Source: Candidatus Methylomirabilis oxygeniifera
GTDB taxonomy: Bacteria > Methylomirabilota > Methylomirabilia > Methylomirabilales > Methylomirabilaceae
Direction of reading: 5' to 3'
Assembly: GCA_000091165.1 (NCBI GenBank)
Contig: FP565575.1
Span: forward strand, 1,170,001 to 1,202,000
DNA length: 32,000 bases
A program made the position numbers and the translations under genes. How positions within the stretch are numbered: the first letter of the stretch is position 1; every line of letters begins with the position of its first letter. The notes below the pieces were generated by a model. It was not told the DNA's origin, did not search any database, and was given only the letters and a program-made list of their open reading frames with translations. Positions 1 through 8,213 of this stretch are shown in pieces.

Positions 1-355
1 AGGTACCGAGACGAAGCGTGGCCTCCGCAGCGGCTGCGGTTCCGGGGTAGCGATGGACGACGTCGTGTAGGAGTCGAAGACCTTCTGTCTGTTTCGCGTC
101 ATCAGAGCCGCTTCGCAAAATCACGTCGAGCTGGCCCACTGCCTTGCGCAAGAGAGCCGCAGATTCCGTTTCCTTCCGACCGCTCCAAAAGAAATACCCC
201 GCAATCACGATAGAGAGGACCAACAGGCCAACGGCCGCCCCAACAGCCCACCTCCATCGGTCGGTGACCATGGCTACGATTCGTGCCGTCCTATCCATCG
301 CGATGTGGCTTAAATCGCCGCGCCAATCGGGATTATTCGTGCGAGGCCGCGTCAT
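1..355 (-). CDS. Partial membrane-anchored protein, possibly TPR/YfgM- or BamD-like (C-terminus off window)
   Basis: Not in the ORF track because it is edge-truncated. My own translation of the reverse complement from ATG at 355 gives an open frame: MTRPRTNNPDWRGDLSHIAMDRTARIVAMVTDRWRWAVGAAVGLLVLSIVIAGYFFWSGRKETESAALLRKAVGQLDVILRSGSDDAKQTEGLRLLHDVVHRYPGTAAAAEATLRLGT. It has one TM helix followed by an Ala-rich helical segment reminiscent of TPR repeats. Confidence 0.55.
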   Translation of the reverse strand, partial: MTRPRTNNPDWRGDLSHIAMDRTARIVAMVTDRWRWAVGAAVGLLVLSIVIAGYFFWSGRKETESAALLRKAVGQLDVILRSGSDDAKQTEGLRLLHDVVHRYPGTAAAAEATLRLGT

Positions 356-390
356 GATATAGTTCTACTCCCTATGAAATTACTAGGCGC

Positions 391-467
391 TGGTGCGCCC
401 GACAGGACTTGAACCTGCGACACAGGGTTTAGGAAACCCTTGCTCTATCCATCTGAGCTACGGGCGC
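391..467 (-). tRNA. tRNA-Arg (anticodon CCT), CCA encoded
   Basis: Minus strand reads GCGCCCGTAGCTCAGATGGATAGAGCAAGGGTTTCCTAAACCCTGTGTCGCAGGTTCAAGTCCTGTCGGGCGCACCA. It has a complete cloverleaf, the anticodon loop TTCCTAA and the T-arm GTTCAAGTC. Confidence 0.96.
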
Positions 468-502
468 CCGGTTATACATCGCGCTGAAGTGAGGCTTATC
501 GA

Positions 503-1024
503 TCAGAACTGGATCAAGGAGAAGACGTCCCGGTCTCCGAACCTCTCTCTCCCTTGCAGAGCCAACAGTTCAACCAAGAAGGCTACTCCGACGACCTGGC
601 CGCCGAGGCGCGTAATAAGATCGATCGCGGCAGTCATCGTCCCCCCGGTGGCAAGCAGATCGTCCGCCATCAGAATTCGCTGATTGGGCAGAATAGCATC
701 CTGGTGGATCTCCAGCGTATCGGCGCCATATTCCAAAGCATAGGTGGTACGGTGCGTCTTATACGGCAGCTTACCCGGCTTTCGGATCAACGTCGTGCCA
801 GCATGAAGTCTATACGCCAAGGCGGCAGCGACGATGAAGCCCCTCGCCTCCACACCAACCACCAGATCGATATGTCGATCATGAAATCGCTCCGCCATCT
901 GATCAATCGCTGTACGGAAAGCCTTACCGTCTGCGAGTAACGGCGTAATATCCTTAAAAACGATTCCCTTTTTTGGGAAATCCGGGATGTCTCGGATTTT
1001 CTGTTTCAGCAGTTCGATGGGCAT
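503..1024 (-). CDS. apt: Adenine phosphoribosyltransferase
   Basis: 173 aa. Contains IRDIPDFPKKGIVFKDITPLL, VVGVEARGFIVAAALAYRLHAG and the PRPP-binding motif RILMADDLLATGGTM. Confidence 0.95.
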   Translation of the reverse strand: MPIELLKQKIRDIPDFPKKGIVFKDITPLLADGKAFRTAIDQMAERFHDRHIDLVVGVEARGFIVAAALAYRLHAGTTLIRKPGKLPYKTHRTTYALEYGADTLEIHQDAILPNQRILMADDLLATGGTMTAAIDLITRLGGQVVGVAFLVELLALQGRERFGDRDVFSLIQF

Positions 1025-1142
1025 TAGTGTTCCTCACAAGATCGCCATCAACAGTCAGCCTCAGATAAAGCAGAACGCGTACCACAATGGAGCTGATACC
1101 TGACTGCTGAAGGCTGAACGCGTGGCTGGGAAGAAAACGAAA

Positions 1143-1220
<78 letters not shown>

Positions 1221-1222
1221 CA

Positions 1223-1864
1223 TCATTCGTCCCATCCTTGCTCGCCGATCAACTTCACGAAGTTACAGTTCCCGAGCTCCTCCCAGCAGACGGTCGTCCC
1301 TCTTTTCGTACCCTTCTTGAGAGCTTGATTCCATGGCTGACCGACCGGCAGCACCAGGCGTCCGCCGTCGGCAAGCTGTTCAGTAAGGCACTGTGGGATG
1401 CTTGGAGCGCCTGCGCTCACGATGATCGCATCAAAGGGCGCCTTGTCCTTCCAGCCGATGGACCCATCCCCTACCCGAATCCACGTGTGGTGGTATCCGA
1501 GCGACTCAAGACGGTATCGGGCGCGTGACGCAAGCCTCCGATTTCGCTCGATCGAGTATACCTTCACGCCTAATTCCGCCAGAATGGCCGTCTGATAACC
1601 TGACCCGGTCCCGATCTCCAGGACCCGCTGATCTTTCTGCAACTCGAGCAACTCTGTCATTAGCGCTACCATAAACGGTTGCGAAATCGTTTGCTTCTCG
1701 CCAATCGGCAGCGAATAATCGCCGTAAGCGCGCCCCCAGAAGGCCTCTTCCACAAACAGATGCCGGTGGACCTTGGCCATTGCGTGCAGGATGCCCGGGT
1801 GCGTAATCCCGCGTCTCACGAGCTGCTCGGCCACCATCCGCTGCCGGGCAACCGCGTAATCCAT
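1223..1864 (-). CDS. pcm: Protein-L-isoaspartate O-methyltransferase
   Basis: 213 aa. Contains [40 protein letters not shown] and [16 protein letters not shown]. Confidence 0.95.
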   Translation of the reverse strand: MDYAVARQRMVAEQLVRRGITHPGILHAMAKVHRHLFVEEAFWGRAYGDYSLPIGEKQTISQPFMVALMTELLELQKDQRVLEIGTGSGYQTAILAELGVKVYSIERNRRLASRARYRLESLGYHHTWIRVGDGSIGWKDKAPFDAIIVSAGAPSIPQCLTEQLADGGRLVLPVGQPWNQALKKGTKRGTTVCWEELGNCNFVKLIGEQGWDE

Positions 1865-1912
1865 TATGGAATCGCAAACCTGTTATGTTATACGCGTCAG
1901 TTGACGGTTCCG

Positions 1913-2701
1913 TCACGCGGTGACGCGCCGCCGCCCTACCGTCAACGATAGGTCATCCCACAAAAATTTCCATCTCCTGAGCTTCTTCACGGCGCTCGAG
2001 TTAGTCAGATCGAGATGAAGCGGTGTAATCGAGATCGATCCTGCCGTCACCGCGGCATAATCGCTGTCTTCCGACGGTTCCCATGTGGGTTCCTTCCCGC
2101 CGATCCAGTAATAGGCCTTTCCTCGCGGATCGACCTTTCTCACGATAATGTCATCATAGCGTCGCCTTCCCTGTTGTGTGATCGCCACTCCTTTAATTGC
2201 TGAAGGGCGACAATTTGGGACATTGACGTTCAGCATGGTATTAGCCGGCAGGCCGTTTTTTGTGATCAGCTTCGCCACCATCACCGCGGCCAGCCCTGCT
2301 GCGGTGAAATTCACCCGCCGACGCGCGACGACGGACAGCGCAAATGCCGGAAGCCCAAGCAGCGTAGCTTCAAAAGCGGCTGACACCGTCCCGGAGTAGG
2401 TCACATCATCACCCATATTCCCGCCGATATTGATCCCTGAAGCGACCAGATCAAACTTCCGGTTGATCATACCCATAAGCGCCAGCGCAACGCAATCGGT
2501 CGGCGTGCCGTCAACTGTGAACCACGTCGGCGCCACCTTGGTGACGCGCAACGGCCTGTTTAACGTGAGAGAATGTCCGGACGCACTACGCTCACGATCA
2601 GGCGCCACGACCCACACCTCGCCGAGTGTGGAGAGCGCATCCGCAAGCACCCGAAGTCCTCGCGCATGAATACCGTCATCATTAGAAATCAGAATATTCA
2701 T
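1913..2701 (-). CDS. surE: 5'-nucleotidase SurE
   Basis: 262 aa. N-terminus [23 protein letters not shown], plus [22 protein letters not shown] and [25 protein letters not shown]. Confidence 0.96.
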   Translation of the reverse strand: MNILISNDDGIHARGLRVLADALSTLGEVWVVAPDRERSASGHSLTLNRPLRVTKVAPTWFTVDGTPTDCVALALMGMINRKFDLVASGINIGGNMGDDVTYSGTVSAAFEATLLGLPAFALSVVARRRVNFTAAGLAAVMVAKLITKNGLPANTMLNVNVPNCRPSAIKGVAITQQGRRRYDDIIVRKVDPRGKAYYWIGGKEPTWEPSEDSDYAAVTAGSISITPLHLDLTNSSAVKKLRRWKFLWDDLSLTVGRRRVTA

Positions 2702-2710
2702 TCAGAACTG

Positions 2711-2738
2711 AAAAAAAGAGCAGAGACGCACTCTGCCC
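2711..2738 (-). terminator. Putative Rho-independent terminator after tRNA-Pro(GGG)
   Basis: Minus strand reads GGGCAGAG-TGCGT-CTCTGCTC-TTTTTTT: an 8-pair stem including one G-T wobble, a 5-nt loop and a T-tract. Confidence 0.7.
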
Positions 2739-2769
2739 TTCGGTGATCTCGTATATGGATATGTCTGAC

Positions 2770-2846
2770 TGGTCGGGGCGATTGGATTTGAACCAACGAC
2801 CCCTGGCCCCCCATGCCAGTGCGCTACCAGGCTGCGCCACGCCCCG
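2770..2846 (-). tRNA. tRNA-Pro (anticodon GGG), CCA encoded
   Basis: Minus strand reads CGGGGCGTGGCGCAGCCTGGTAGCGCACTGGCATGGGGGGCCAGGGGTCGTTGGTTCAAATCCAATCGCCCCGACCA. The body is nearly identical to the tRNA-Pro(CGG) at 1143..1219. Confidence 0.94.
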
Positions 2847-2865
2847 AACAAGCGATGATTATACG

Positions 2866-3276
2866 TCAGGGGGAATTCCTGCGTAATAACGACGAGATCT
2901 GCTTCAGTTCTTCCTTCACCAGTCGGATAGAATCCAGCGCGGTCGGCGGGAACGGCTCCTGCTCCGCGGCCAGATGGCGTCTGGCGCCCGCAATGGTGAA
3001 TCGCCTCTGGTAGAGCAGCTCCTTGATGCGAAGCACAGCCAGGACATCGTTGCGTCGATAGAGACGCTGCCCGCTTGGACTCTTGGTCGGCCGAAGCGTC
3101 GCAAACTGTGTCTCCCAGTAGCGAAGGATGTAGGGTTGGACTTCGGCCAGTTCCGCAACCTCTCCAATCTTAAAGTAGAGCTTTTCGGGGATTGCAGGAC
3201 CGCCGTCAAGACCAGGGAGAAGCCTTTGTTGCGATCGAGGTTTCGTTCTAACCAACCTCATCCGTGCACTGGGCAC
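2866..3276 (-). CDS. MerR-family transcriptional regulator
   Basis: 136 aa. Contains [70 protein letters not shown], the MerR winged HTH. The true start may lie downstream of 3276. Confidence 0.88.
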   Translation of the reverse strand: MPSARMRLVRTKPRSQQRLLPGLDGGPAIPEKLYFKIGEVAELAEVQPYILRYWETQFATLRPTKSPSGQRLYRRNDVLAVLRIKELLYQRRFTIAGARRHLAAEQEPFPPTALDSIRLVKEELKQISSLLRRNSP

Positions 3277-3306
3277 AGCCTTGCCTCTTCCGCGCCGACT
3301 CGAACG

Positions 3307-3588
3307 CTACCCGCCGAAATTATTCACAGCCAGGTGTAGAGCTTTACCCGGCTTGAATTTCAACACCTTGCGAGCTGAGATCGTAATGGGGTCGCCGGTC
3401 TGTGGGTTTCGCCCTTTTCTCGCCCGCTTGGCTTTGACCTGGAAAGAGCCGAAGCCGACAAGCTGGATCTTCTCCCCTTTCTTCAGAGCGTTCTTCACAA
3501 TGTCGAGGGTCGCCTCCACTGCTTCCATCGCCTGTTTCTTGGCGAGACCTCTTTCAGCAACGATCGAAGCTATGTCAGCCTTGGTCAT
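3307..3588 (-). CDS. ihfA: Integration host factor alpha/HU-family DNA-binding protein
   Basis: 93 aa. Contains MTKADIASIVAERGLAKKQAMEAVEATLDIVKNALKKGEKIQLVGFGSFQVKAKRARKGRNPQTGDPITI. Confidence 0.93.
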   Translation of the reverse strand: MTKADIASIVAERGLAKKQAMEAVEATLDIVKNALKKGEKIQLVGFGSFQVKAKRARKGRNPQTGDPITISARKVLKFKPGKALHLAVNNFGG

Positions 3589-3702
3589 TGTTCCCCTTCC
3601 CTTTCAGGAACACACAGCCATTCTCTTGTGGCGTCGTCCTGTGCAATTACCCCACGCTTCAGAACCGTGTGTCTCCCAACCATTCTTCCGACATTCGCTG
3701 AT

Positions 3703-3731
3703 ATGATAGAGAGCGGGCCGAGGGTTGTCAA
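3703..3731 (-). promoter_or_regulatory. Sigma70-like promoter upstream of ihfA
   Basis: Minus strand reads TTGACA-N17-TATCAT: perfect -35, 5/6 -10, optimal spacer, in the intergenic region before ihfA. Confidence 0.7.
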
Positions 3732-3752
3732 ATCCTTTTTCCAGATACCACC

Positions 3753-5177
3753 TTATTGGATGATCGAATCGTTTGGGCTCCCTGAGTCGCTGGAAAGGAT
3801 GCGGAACGGGTCGCTCGACGCCGGAGGCACAGAGACACGATAGGCATAGCTCAGAGTTCGCCCCATCAGCACGACGTAAATCAGGCCCCCCAGCGTGAGC
3901 ACCAGAGCCCCCAGTCCGGCGATCGTCGCCTGCGCTGTGATCAAGCCGCCGGCAAGCATCAGGACACCGACATTCAACAAGATAAAGACAATCGGACGAC
4001 AGCGCAACAAAGAGAGTTCTGTAATCGCCAGCTTTGGCCAACCTCTGCGGTCGCGTACGCCGACAACAAAACCCGGAAAGAGCTTAAAAGACATCCCGAT
4101 GATGAAGTTCGTTACCCACCCGAGCAGTCCCAATACCCCGTATGCTCCCGCAATCCTATTGCCAAGGGCGCCGTCCGGATCAATCCACAGCAGTGAAAAT
4201 CCAAGTCCAACGGCGAGCAACAGACAGACGACACCTGCCAGCGCATGCCGCATCGTCCAATCGATCGGTATCCGCCGGTTACGCATAAGCGTCTGAAGTA
4301 TGCCGACATAGGTAAGCAGAGCCAACAGGATCACCACACTCCAGACGGTTGTCCCGGGAATCCAGCCGAGAAGCGCCATCGCCAATCCGGCGACGCCGAC
4401 GGCAAGGCCGTACACTTGCCAGACCGCCACACGTGGCAGCGTCAGCTCGGACAAGAGAAACGCCGGCGCCATCCGATAGGAGATGGAACAGATGGTCAGA
4501 CTCACCCATCCAAGCGCCGCAAGATGCGCGTGGCTGGCCAGGTTGGTGAGAACATTTCCGGAAAGAAACCCGCGAGATTTATCCAACGCAAGGAGAAAGC
4601 CGAGCGTCGCCGCGAGCAACAGAAACCCGATCGACATGCACATGCCGGTTTCGGCCGCGCTCCGGTGCCAGGCAGGACCAAGGCAGTGCCACATGTTCAT
4701 CGCAAAGAAGATCACGCTGAGCACAATGACTGCCGCCGCCATCCAGGTTGGCGGCCATGCTCCGATCAGCATGTGCGTCATGAGACCTGTTGCGCTGAAG
4801 ATGTACAACCCGAACTGCCAGCGCGCCAACCTCGGAAAGCGCAAGGGTCGTTTCGTCATCGCCGGGACAAGCCGATACATGACCCCCATGATCGCGGAGG
4901 TGATCCATCCGAGCGTAAAGGTGTGGGTGGTCGCTAAGAGCCGCGGCTGATAGAAAAAATCCATTAAATCACCAATCACCCACGGGATTACCGACACGCC
5001 CAGCCCGAACAGGGCCACAGCAGAAATGAAAAAGTGTATCGGGAGGCGCGCCATTCGCATAAGTTCTCGAGACGGAGCACTCGCGGCTATCGGTTCGGCA
5101 GCCTGCCCTGACGCCGTAGGCCTGTTTTGTTTTGGATCGAGGTCGATCTGCAACCTGTCAGATCGATGCAAGTTCAT
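3753..5177 (-). CDS. Polytopic membrane protein resembling cbb3-type cytochrome oxidase subunit I (CcoN)/NnrS-like proteins
   Basis: 474 aa, about 12 hydrophobic segments. Motifs TTHTFTLGWITSAIMGVMYRLVP and ASHAHLAALGWVSLTICSISYRMAP. No CuB-type HH pair is seen. Confidence 0.65.
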   Translation of the reverse strand: MNLHRSDRLQIDLDPKQNRPTASGQAAEPIAASAPSRELMRMARLPIHFFISAVALFGLGVSVIPWVIGDLMDFFYQPRLLATTHTFTLGWITSAIMGVMYRLVPAMTKRPLRFPRLARWQFGLYIFSATGLMTHMLIGAWPPTWMAAAVIVLSVIFFAMNMWHCLGPAWHRSAAETGMCMSIGFLLLAATLGFLLALDKSRGFLSGNVLTNLASHAHLAALGWVSLTICSISYRMAPAFLLSELTLPRVAVWQVYGLAVGVAGLAMALLGWIPGTTVWSVVILLALLTYVGILQTLMRNRRIPIDWTMRHALAGVVCLLLAVGLGFSLLWIDPDGALGNRIAGAYGVLGLLGWVTNFIIGMSFKLFPGFVVGVRDRRGWPKLAITELSLLRCRPIVFILLNVGVLMLAGGLITAQATIAGLGALVLTLGGLIYVVLMGRTLSYAYRVSVPPASSDPFRILSSDSGSPNDSIIQ

Positions 5178-5207
5178 CGTATGTTCCTCTGAAAGCCGAT
5201 TGCTTTC

Positions 5208-6866
5208 TCACCCGGCGTCCACTAACGAGACAGATCGTTTATCCTGCAAACCGGACGTCGCCATATTACCCAGGAACAACAGGACGGCGACAACATTCAG
5301 CAGACCGCCCCCCAGTCTCCCAGGCCACCAGGCCGTCACATCCCCAACCACTCGCACTATGAGCGACAGATGAAGCAAAACGAGATGGCTATAGAAGGCC
5401 GGGCGAAACGGTAAGGCAATTCCCAGTACAGATGGAAAGATGATCGGAGCGTGTCCCATAATCATCGAGAACACAAAGCCGACAAATATGGCGTGCAGCG
5501 TCGCATCGTAGCCGTCAGGGATGTCATGTGCATGAACAGCATGTACGCTTGCATGATGGTGAGCCGCCACTCCACCAAAGCTTACGGTAAGTAGCCCGGC
5601 TACCGCGAGCCACACGTAGCCTGAAAGCAAGCTGAGCGCAACAAATCGATGCAGTCCTGTCTTGTGTATCGCGTGTCGCGCCATATCGTGACGCAGCAAC
5701 CAGACGCTCAATCCAACCAGGCCCAGCCCGCTCAGTCGCGATCCAATGTCAAAAGCCGTTCCGACAGGAATTAGGCCGGCCATAAAGAGAGCAATAGCGA
5801 CCAGAAACGAGAGCCGATGTCGTTGCGCAAGCGGAAGAAAACGGCTTAACTCCAGTCGTTCGCCGGCAATCGTCAGGATCAGGAAGGCGGCCCACCAACT
5901 GACGACACTGACAATCGACCACCCATTAAGCCACAGGATGTTGCCTGCCAACCACACAAGCGCTCCAAGCCCCATCGTCACCGTAAACAGCGCCGGTTGT
6001 TCCTGAATGAGATAAATGAACGTCACAACCAATACAACACTGCCCAAGGTCATGAATACCGGACCCACCGCACCAGGCACACCGGCAATCAGCGCAACGG
6101 CGCCCGCCCCGGTACACAGAGGTCCGACAGCAGGCCACCACTTCGCTATGGCTACAGCCCGCTCCAATCCGATCAGCGTGCCCAAAAAACCGGACACCAT
6201 CAACGGACCATGTACATCCGGCAACGTCAAAGGGACGATCGACCACTCCCAACCCAGGCGGTAGAGTCCTCCCAACAACGCTGTAAGCAGGGCGAACATC
6301 CCGGTCGCCATCAGCGGAAATCTGAACGAACGTCGCAGCGAGCCGGTTGAGTTGTGCCGTACTTGCTCCGGGATGGCTTGTTCTAATCGCCGTGAAGGCT
6401 GTATCGCAAGAAGTACGCTCAGGCTCAATGCAAGCAGCGACGTCATCGTCAACGCCGAAAGAACACACCACGAACAAATCGATTTGATCACCGCAACCTG
6501 CAGGTAGATCAGCCACGCCGATATCACCACGCCGATTCCGGCAATCACGGCGATCATGCCCAGTATACGCCGACTGTCGAGCCTCACGGCCATGACTGAA
6601 AGACCAAGCAGCAGCAGGTACGCCACGATACCGAAGGCAGCGAGGGGAATTCCCCAGATCTCAGAGTACGCGCCTCGATTGACGACGTCGCATCCCTCTG
6701 CAAGGCAGAAACCCGGCGTCTCCGCGCGATGCCGCCACAGCAGGTAGCCAGAGTCCGCCAGTCCGAACAGTGCAAGCACGGGGAGCGCCGGCAGCCATCG
6801 TCGAGCTCGGCGGCTACCGATCGCCTCAGTAGACTTCAATTGAGACCTGGGTGCGCCGTCGCGCAT
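5208..6866 (-). CDS. N-terminal VKOR (vitamin K epoxide reductase-like) domain fused to an NnrS/heme-copper-like polytopic membrane domain
   Basis: 552 aa. The VKOR part has CLAEGCDVVNRGAYSEIWGIPLAAFG and ICSWCVLSALTM (all four Cys plus the Ser of VKOR). The C-terminal part has VHGPLMVSGFLGTLIGLERAVA and DATLHAIFVGFVFSMIMGHAPIIFPSVL. The start overlaps the radical SAM gene by 41 nt. Confidence 0.72.
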   Translation of the reverse strand: MRDGAPRSQLKSTEAIGSRRARRWLPALPVLALFGLADSGYLLWRHRAETPGFCLAEGCDVVNRGAYSEIWGIPLAAFGIVAYLLLLGLSVMAVRLDSRRILGMIAVIAGIGVVISAWLIYLQVAVIKSICSWCVLSALTMTSLLALSLSVLLAIQPSRRLEQAIPEQVRHNSTGSLRRSFRFPLMATGMFALLTALLGGLYRLGWEWSIVPLTLPDVHGPLMVSGFLGTLIGLERAVAIAKWWPAVGPLCTGAGAVALIAGVPGAVGPVFMTLGSVVLVVTFIYLIQEQPALFTVTMGLGALVWLAGNILWLNGWSIVSVVSWWAAFLILTIAGERLELSRFLPLAQRHRLSFLVAIALFMAGLIPVGTAFDIGSRLSGLGLVGLSVWLLRHDMARHAIHKTGLHRFVALSLLSGYVWLAVAGLLTVSFGGVAAHHHASVHAVHAHDIPDGYDATLHAIFVGFVFSMIMGHAPIIFPSVLGIALPFRPAFYSHLVLLHLSLIVRVVGDVTAWWPGRLGGGLLNVVAVLLFLGNMATSGLQDKRSVSLVDAG

Positions 6867-7617
6867 ACTCGGCGATTACTTCGAGCACTGTTCGGGAAAC
6901 CGGTATCAAGCGGGTGTCGGCCGGTACCCGGTCGAGCGTATAGATCTGAACCCCACGCGGGCGAATCTCAGCAACCCGGTCGGACCACTCGCGGATCGCC
7001 ACAGGGGCCGTGGTCGCCACCCTGCCCCACACGAACATCGTTTGCAACAGTACGCCGTCAAGCTGCGCTAACCCCTGGAGCATCTGGGCGAAGTCCCACC
7101 CTTTGGCGGGCAGATTGATCCGTCGCATGAGCGCCTCGCTCCCGGCATCCAACTTCATCAACTTGAGATCGATCCCCTGCAACGCGGCGCGTATCTCCGA
7201 GCGATACACGGTGGAGCTATTCGACAGAATGGCCAGCTTGGCGTCCGGCATATAGAGATCCCGCAGATCGGACGCGGCCTTAACGATCGCCTGTAATTCG
7301 GGATGAAGCGTGGGCTCGCCGTTGCCGGAGAAGGTGATGACGTCGATAAGGATCTGCTCACGGCATAACTGCTGCAGCCGTCTCTCTAAAGCTTCGACTA
7401 CCTGGTTGCCGGTAGGAAGATCGGTCAGCGAGTCGATACCCTGCACGATCGGCTGTGCAGTCCAGCCGCACTGGCAGTACCGGCAGTTAAAGGAGCAGAG
7501 CTTGGCTCCTGCGCCCAGCAGATTGACGCCCAGCGAGCGGCCCAGTCGTCGAGAAAGCAGTGGGCCGTAGACCAGATCCTCTTTCACCAGCCGATGTCGG
7601 CGTACATCCCTCGTCAT
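6826..7617 (-). CDS. Radical SAM protein
   Basis: 263 aa. Cluster motif KLCSFNCRYCQCG (CX3CX2C), then DVITFSGNGEPTLHPEL. ATGA overlap with the hpt stop codon. Confidence 0.88.
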   Translation of the reverse strand: MTRDVRRHRLVKEDLVYGPLLSRRLGRSLGVNLLGAGAKLCSFNCRYCQCGWTAQPIVQGIDSLTDLPTGNQVVEALERRLQQLCREQILIDVITFSGNGEPTLHPELQAIVKAASDLRDLYMPDAKLAILSNSSTVYRSEIRAALQGIDLKLMKLDAGSEALMRRINLPAKGWDFAQMLQGLAQLDGVLLQTMFVWGRVATTAPVAIREWSDRVAEIRPRGVQIYTLDRVPADTRLIPVSRTVLEVIAEYARRRTQVSIEVY

Positions 7618-8180
7618 TGAGTATGGTGTTCGACTTCCTGGCTCACTTGCTCTGGCGCATCGAGTATGGCCACGTACGGAAGGGCCCGCCCCTGCCCATA
7701 GGCGTCCAGGCCGTAGCCGATCATCCAGGCATCGGGTACCTCAAAGCCGACATAGTCCGCGCGGATGGCCACCTGCCGCCGACTCGGCTTATCCAGGAGC
7801 ACGCAGGTACGCAGCCAGCTCGGGTCCTTAGCGGCAAGATGCGCGCAGACCATGCCGAGCGTCCGCCCAGAATCCAGGATGTCATCCACGAGCAGCACCG
7901 TACGCCCCGTAAGATCCAATGCACTGTCCTTGTAAAGCTGCACCAGCCCACTGGAAGCCACCAACGGGCCGTAGTGCGAGACGGACATCAGGTCGACCTC
8001 GGGCTCTATCCCAAGACGGGCCAGTGCCCGCACCAGATCGCCCAGGAAAATAAACGCACCGGTGAGCAGACCAATCAGAACCGGCGTCGGCTCGGGCAGG
8101 TCCTGGGCGATCGCGCGCGCCAATTCCTGCACCCGTATCGCAATAGTCTTCTCGTCGAAGAGAACCCGATGGTTAAGCAC
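7614..8180 (-). CDS. hpt: Hypoxanthine phosphoribosyltransferase
   Basis: 188 aa. Contains VLIGLLTGAFIFLGDLVRAL and the PRPP loop VLLVDDILDSGRTL. Confidence 0.92.
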   Translation of the reverse strand: MLNHRVLFDEKTIAIRVQELARAIAQDLPEPTPVLIGLLTGAFIFLGDLVRALARLGIEPEVDLMSVSHYGPLVASSGLVQLYKDSALDLTGRTVLLVDDILDSGRTLGMVCAHLAAKDPSWLRTCVLLDKPSRRQVAIRADYVGFEVPDAWMIGYGLDAYGQGRALPYVAILDAPEQVSQEVEHHTQ

Positions 8181-8213
8181 TCTTCTCTGATCCTTTTTCT
8201 TAGGGTTCGGCCA

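Noticed and set aside
4245-4937. 230 aa plus-strand ORF antisense to the CcoN-like gene
   Set aside because: The minus-strand frame shows coherent TM segments and motifs; the plus frame is a charged, featureless shadow.
3753-6866. A complete cytochrome c oxidase or NO reductase operon
   Set aside because: No subunit II, CuA motif, cytochrome c (CxxCH) or CuB HH pair was seen, so I do not call either protein an actual oxidase or NO reductase.
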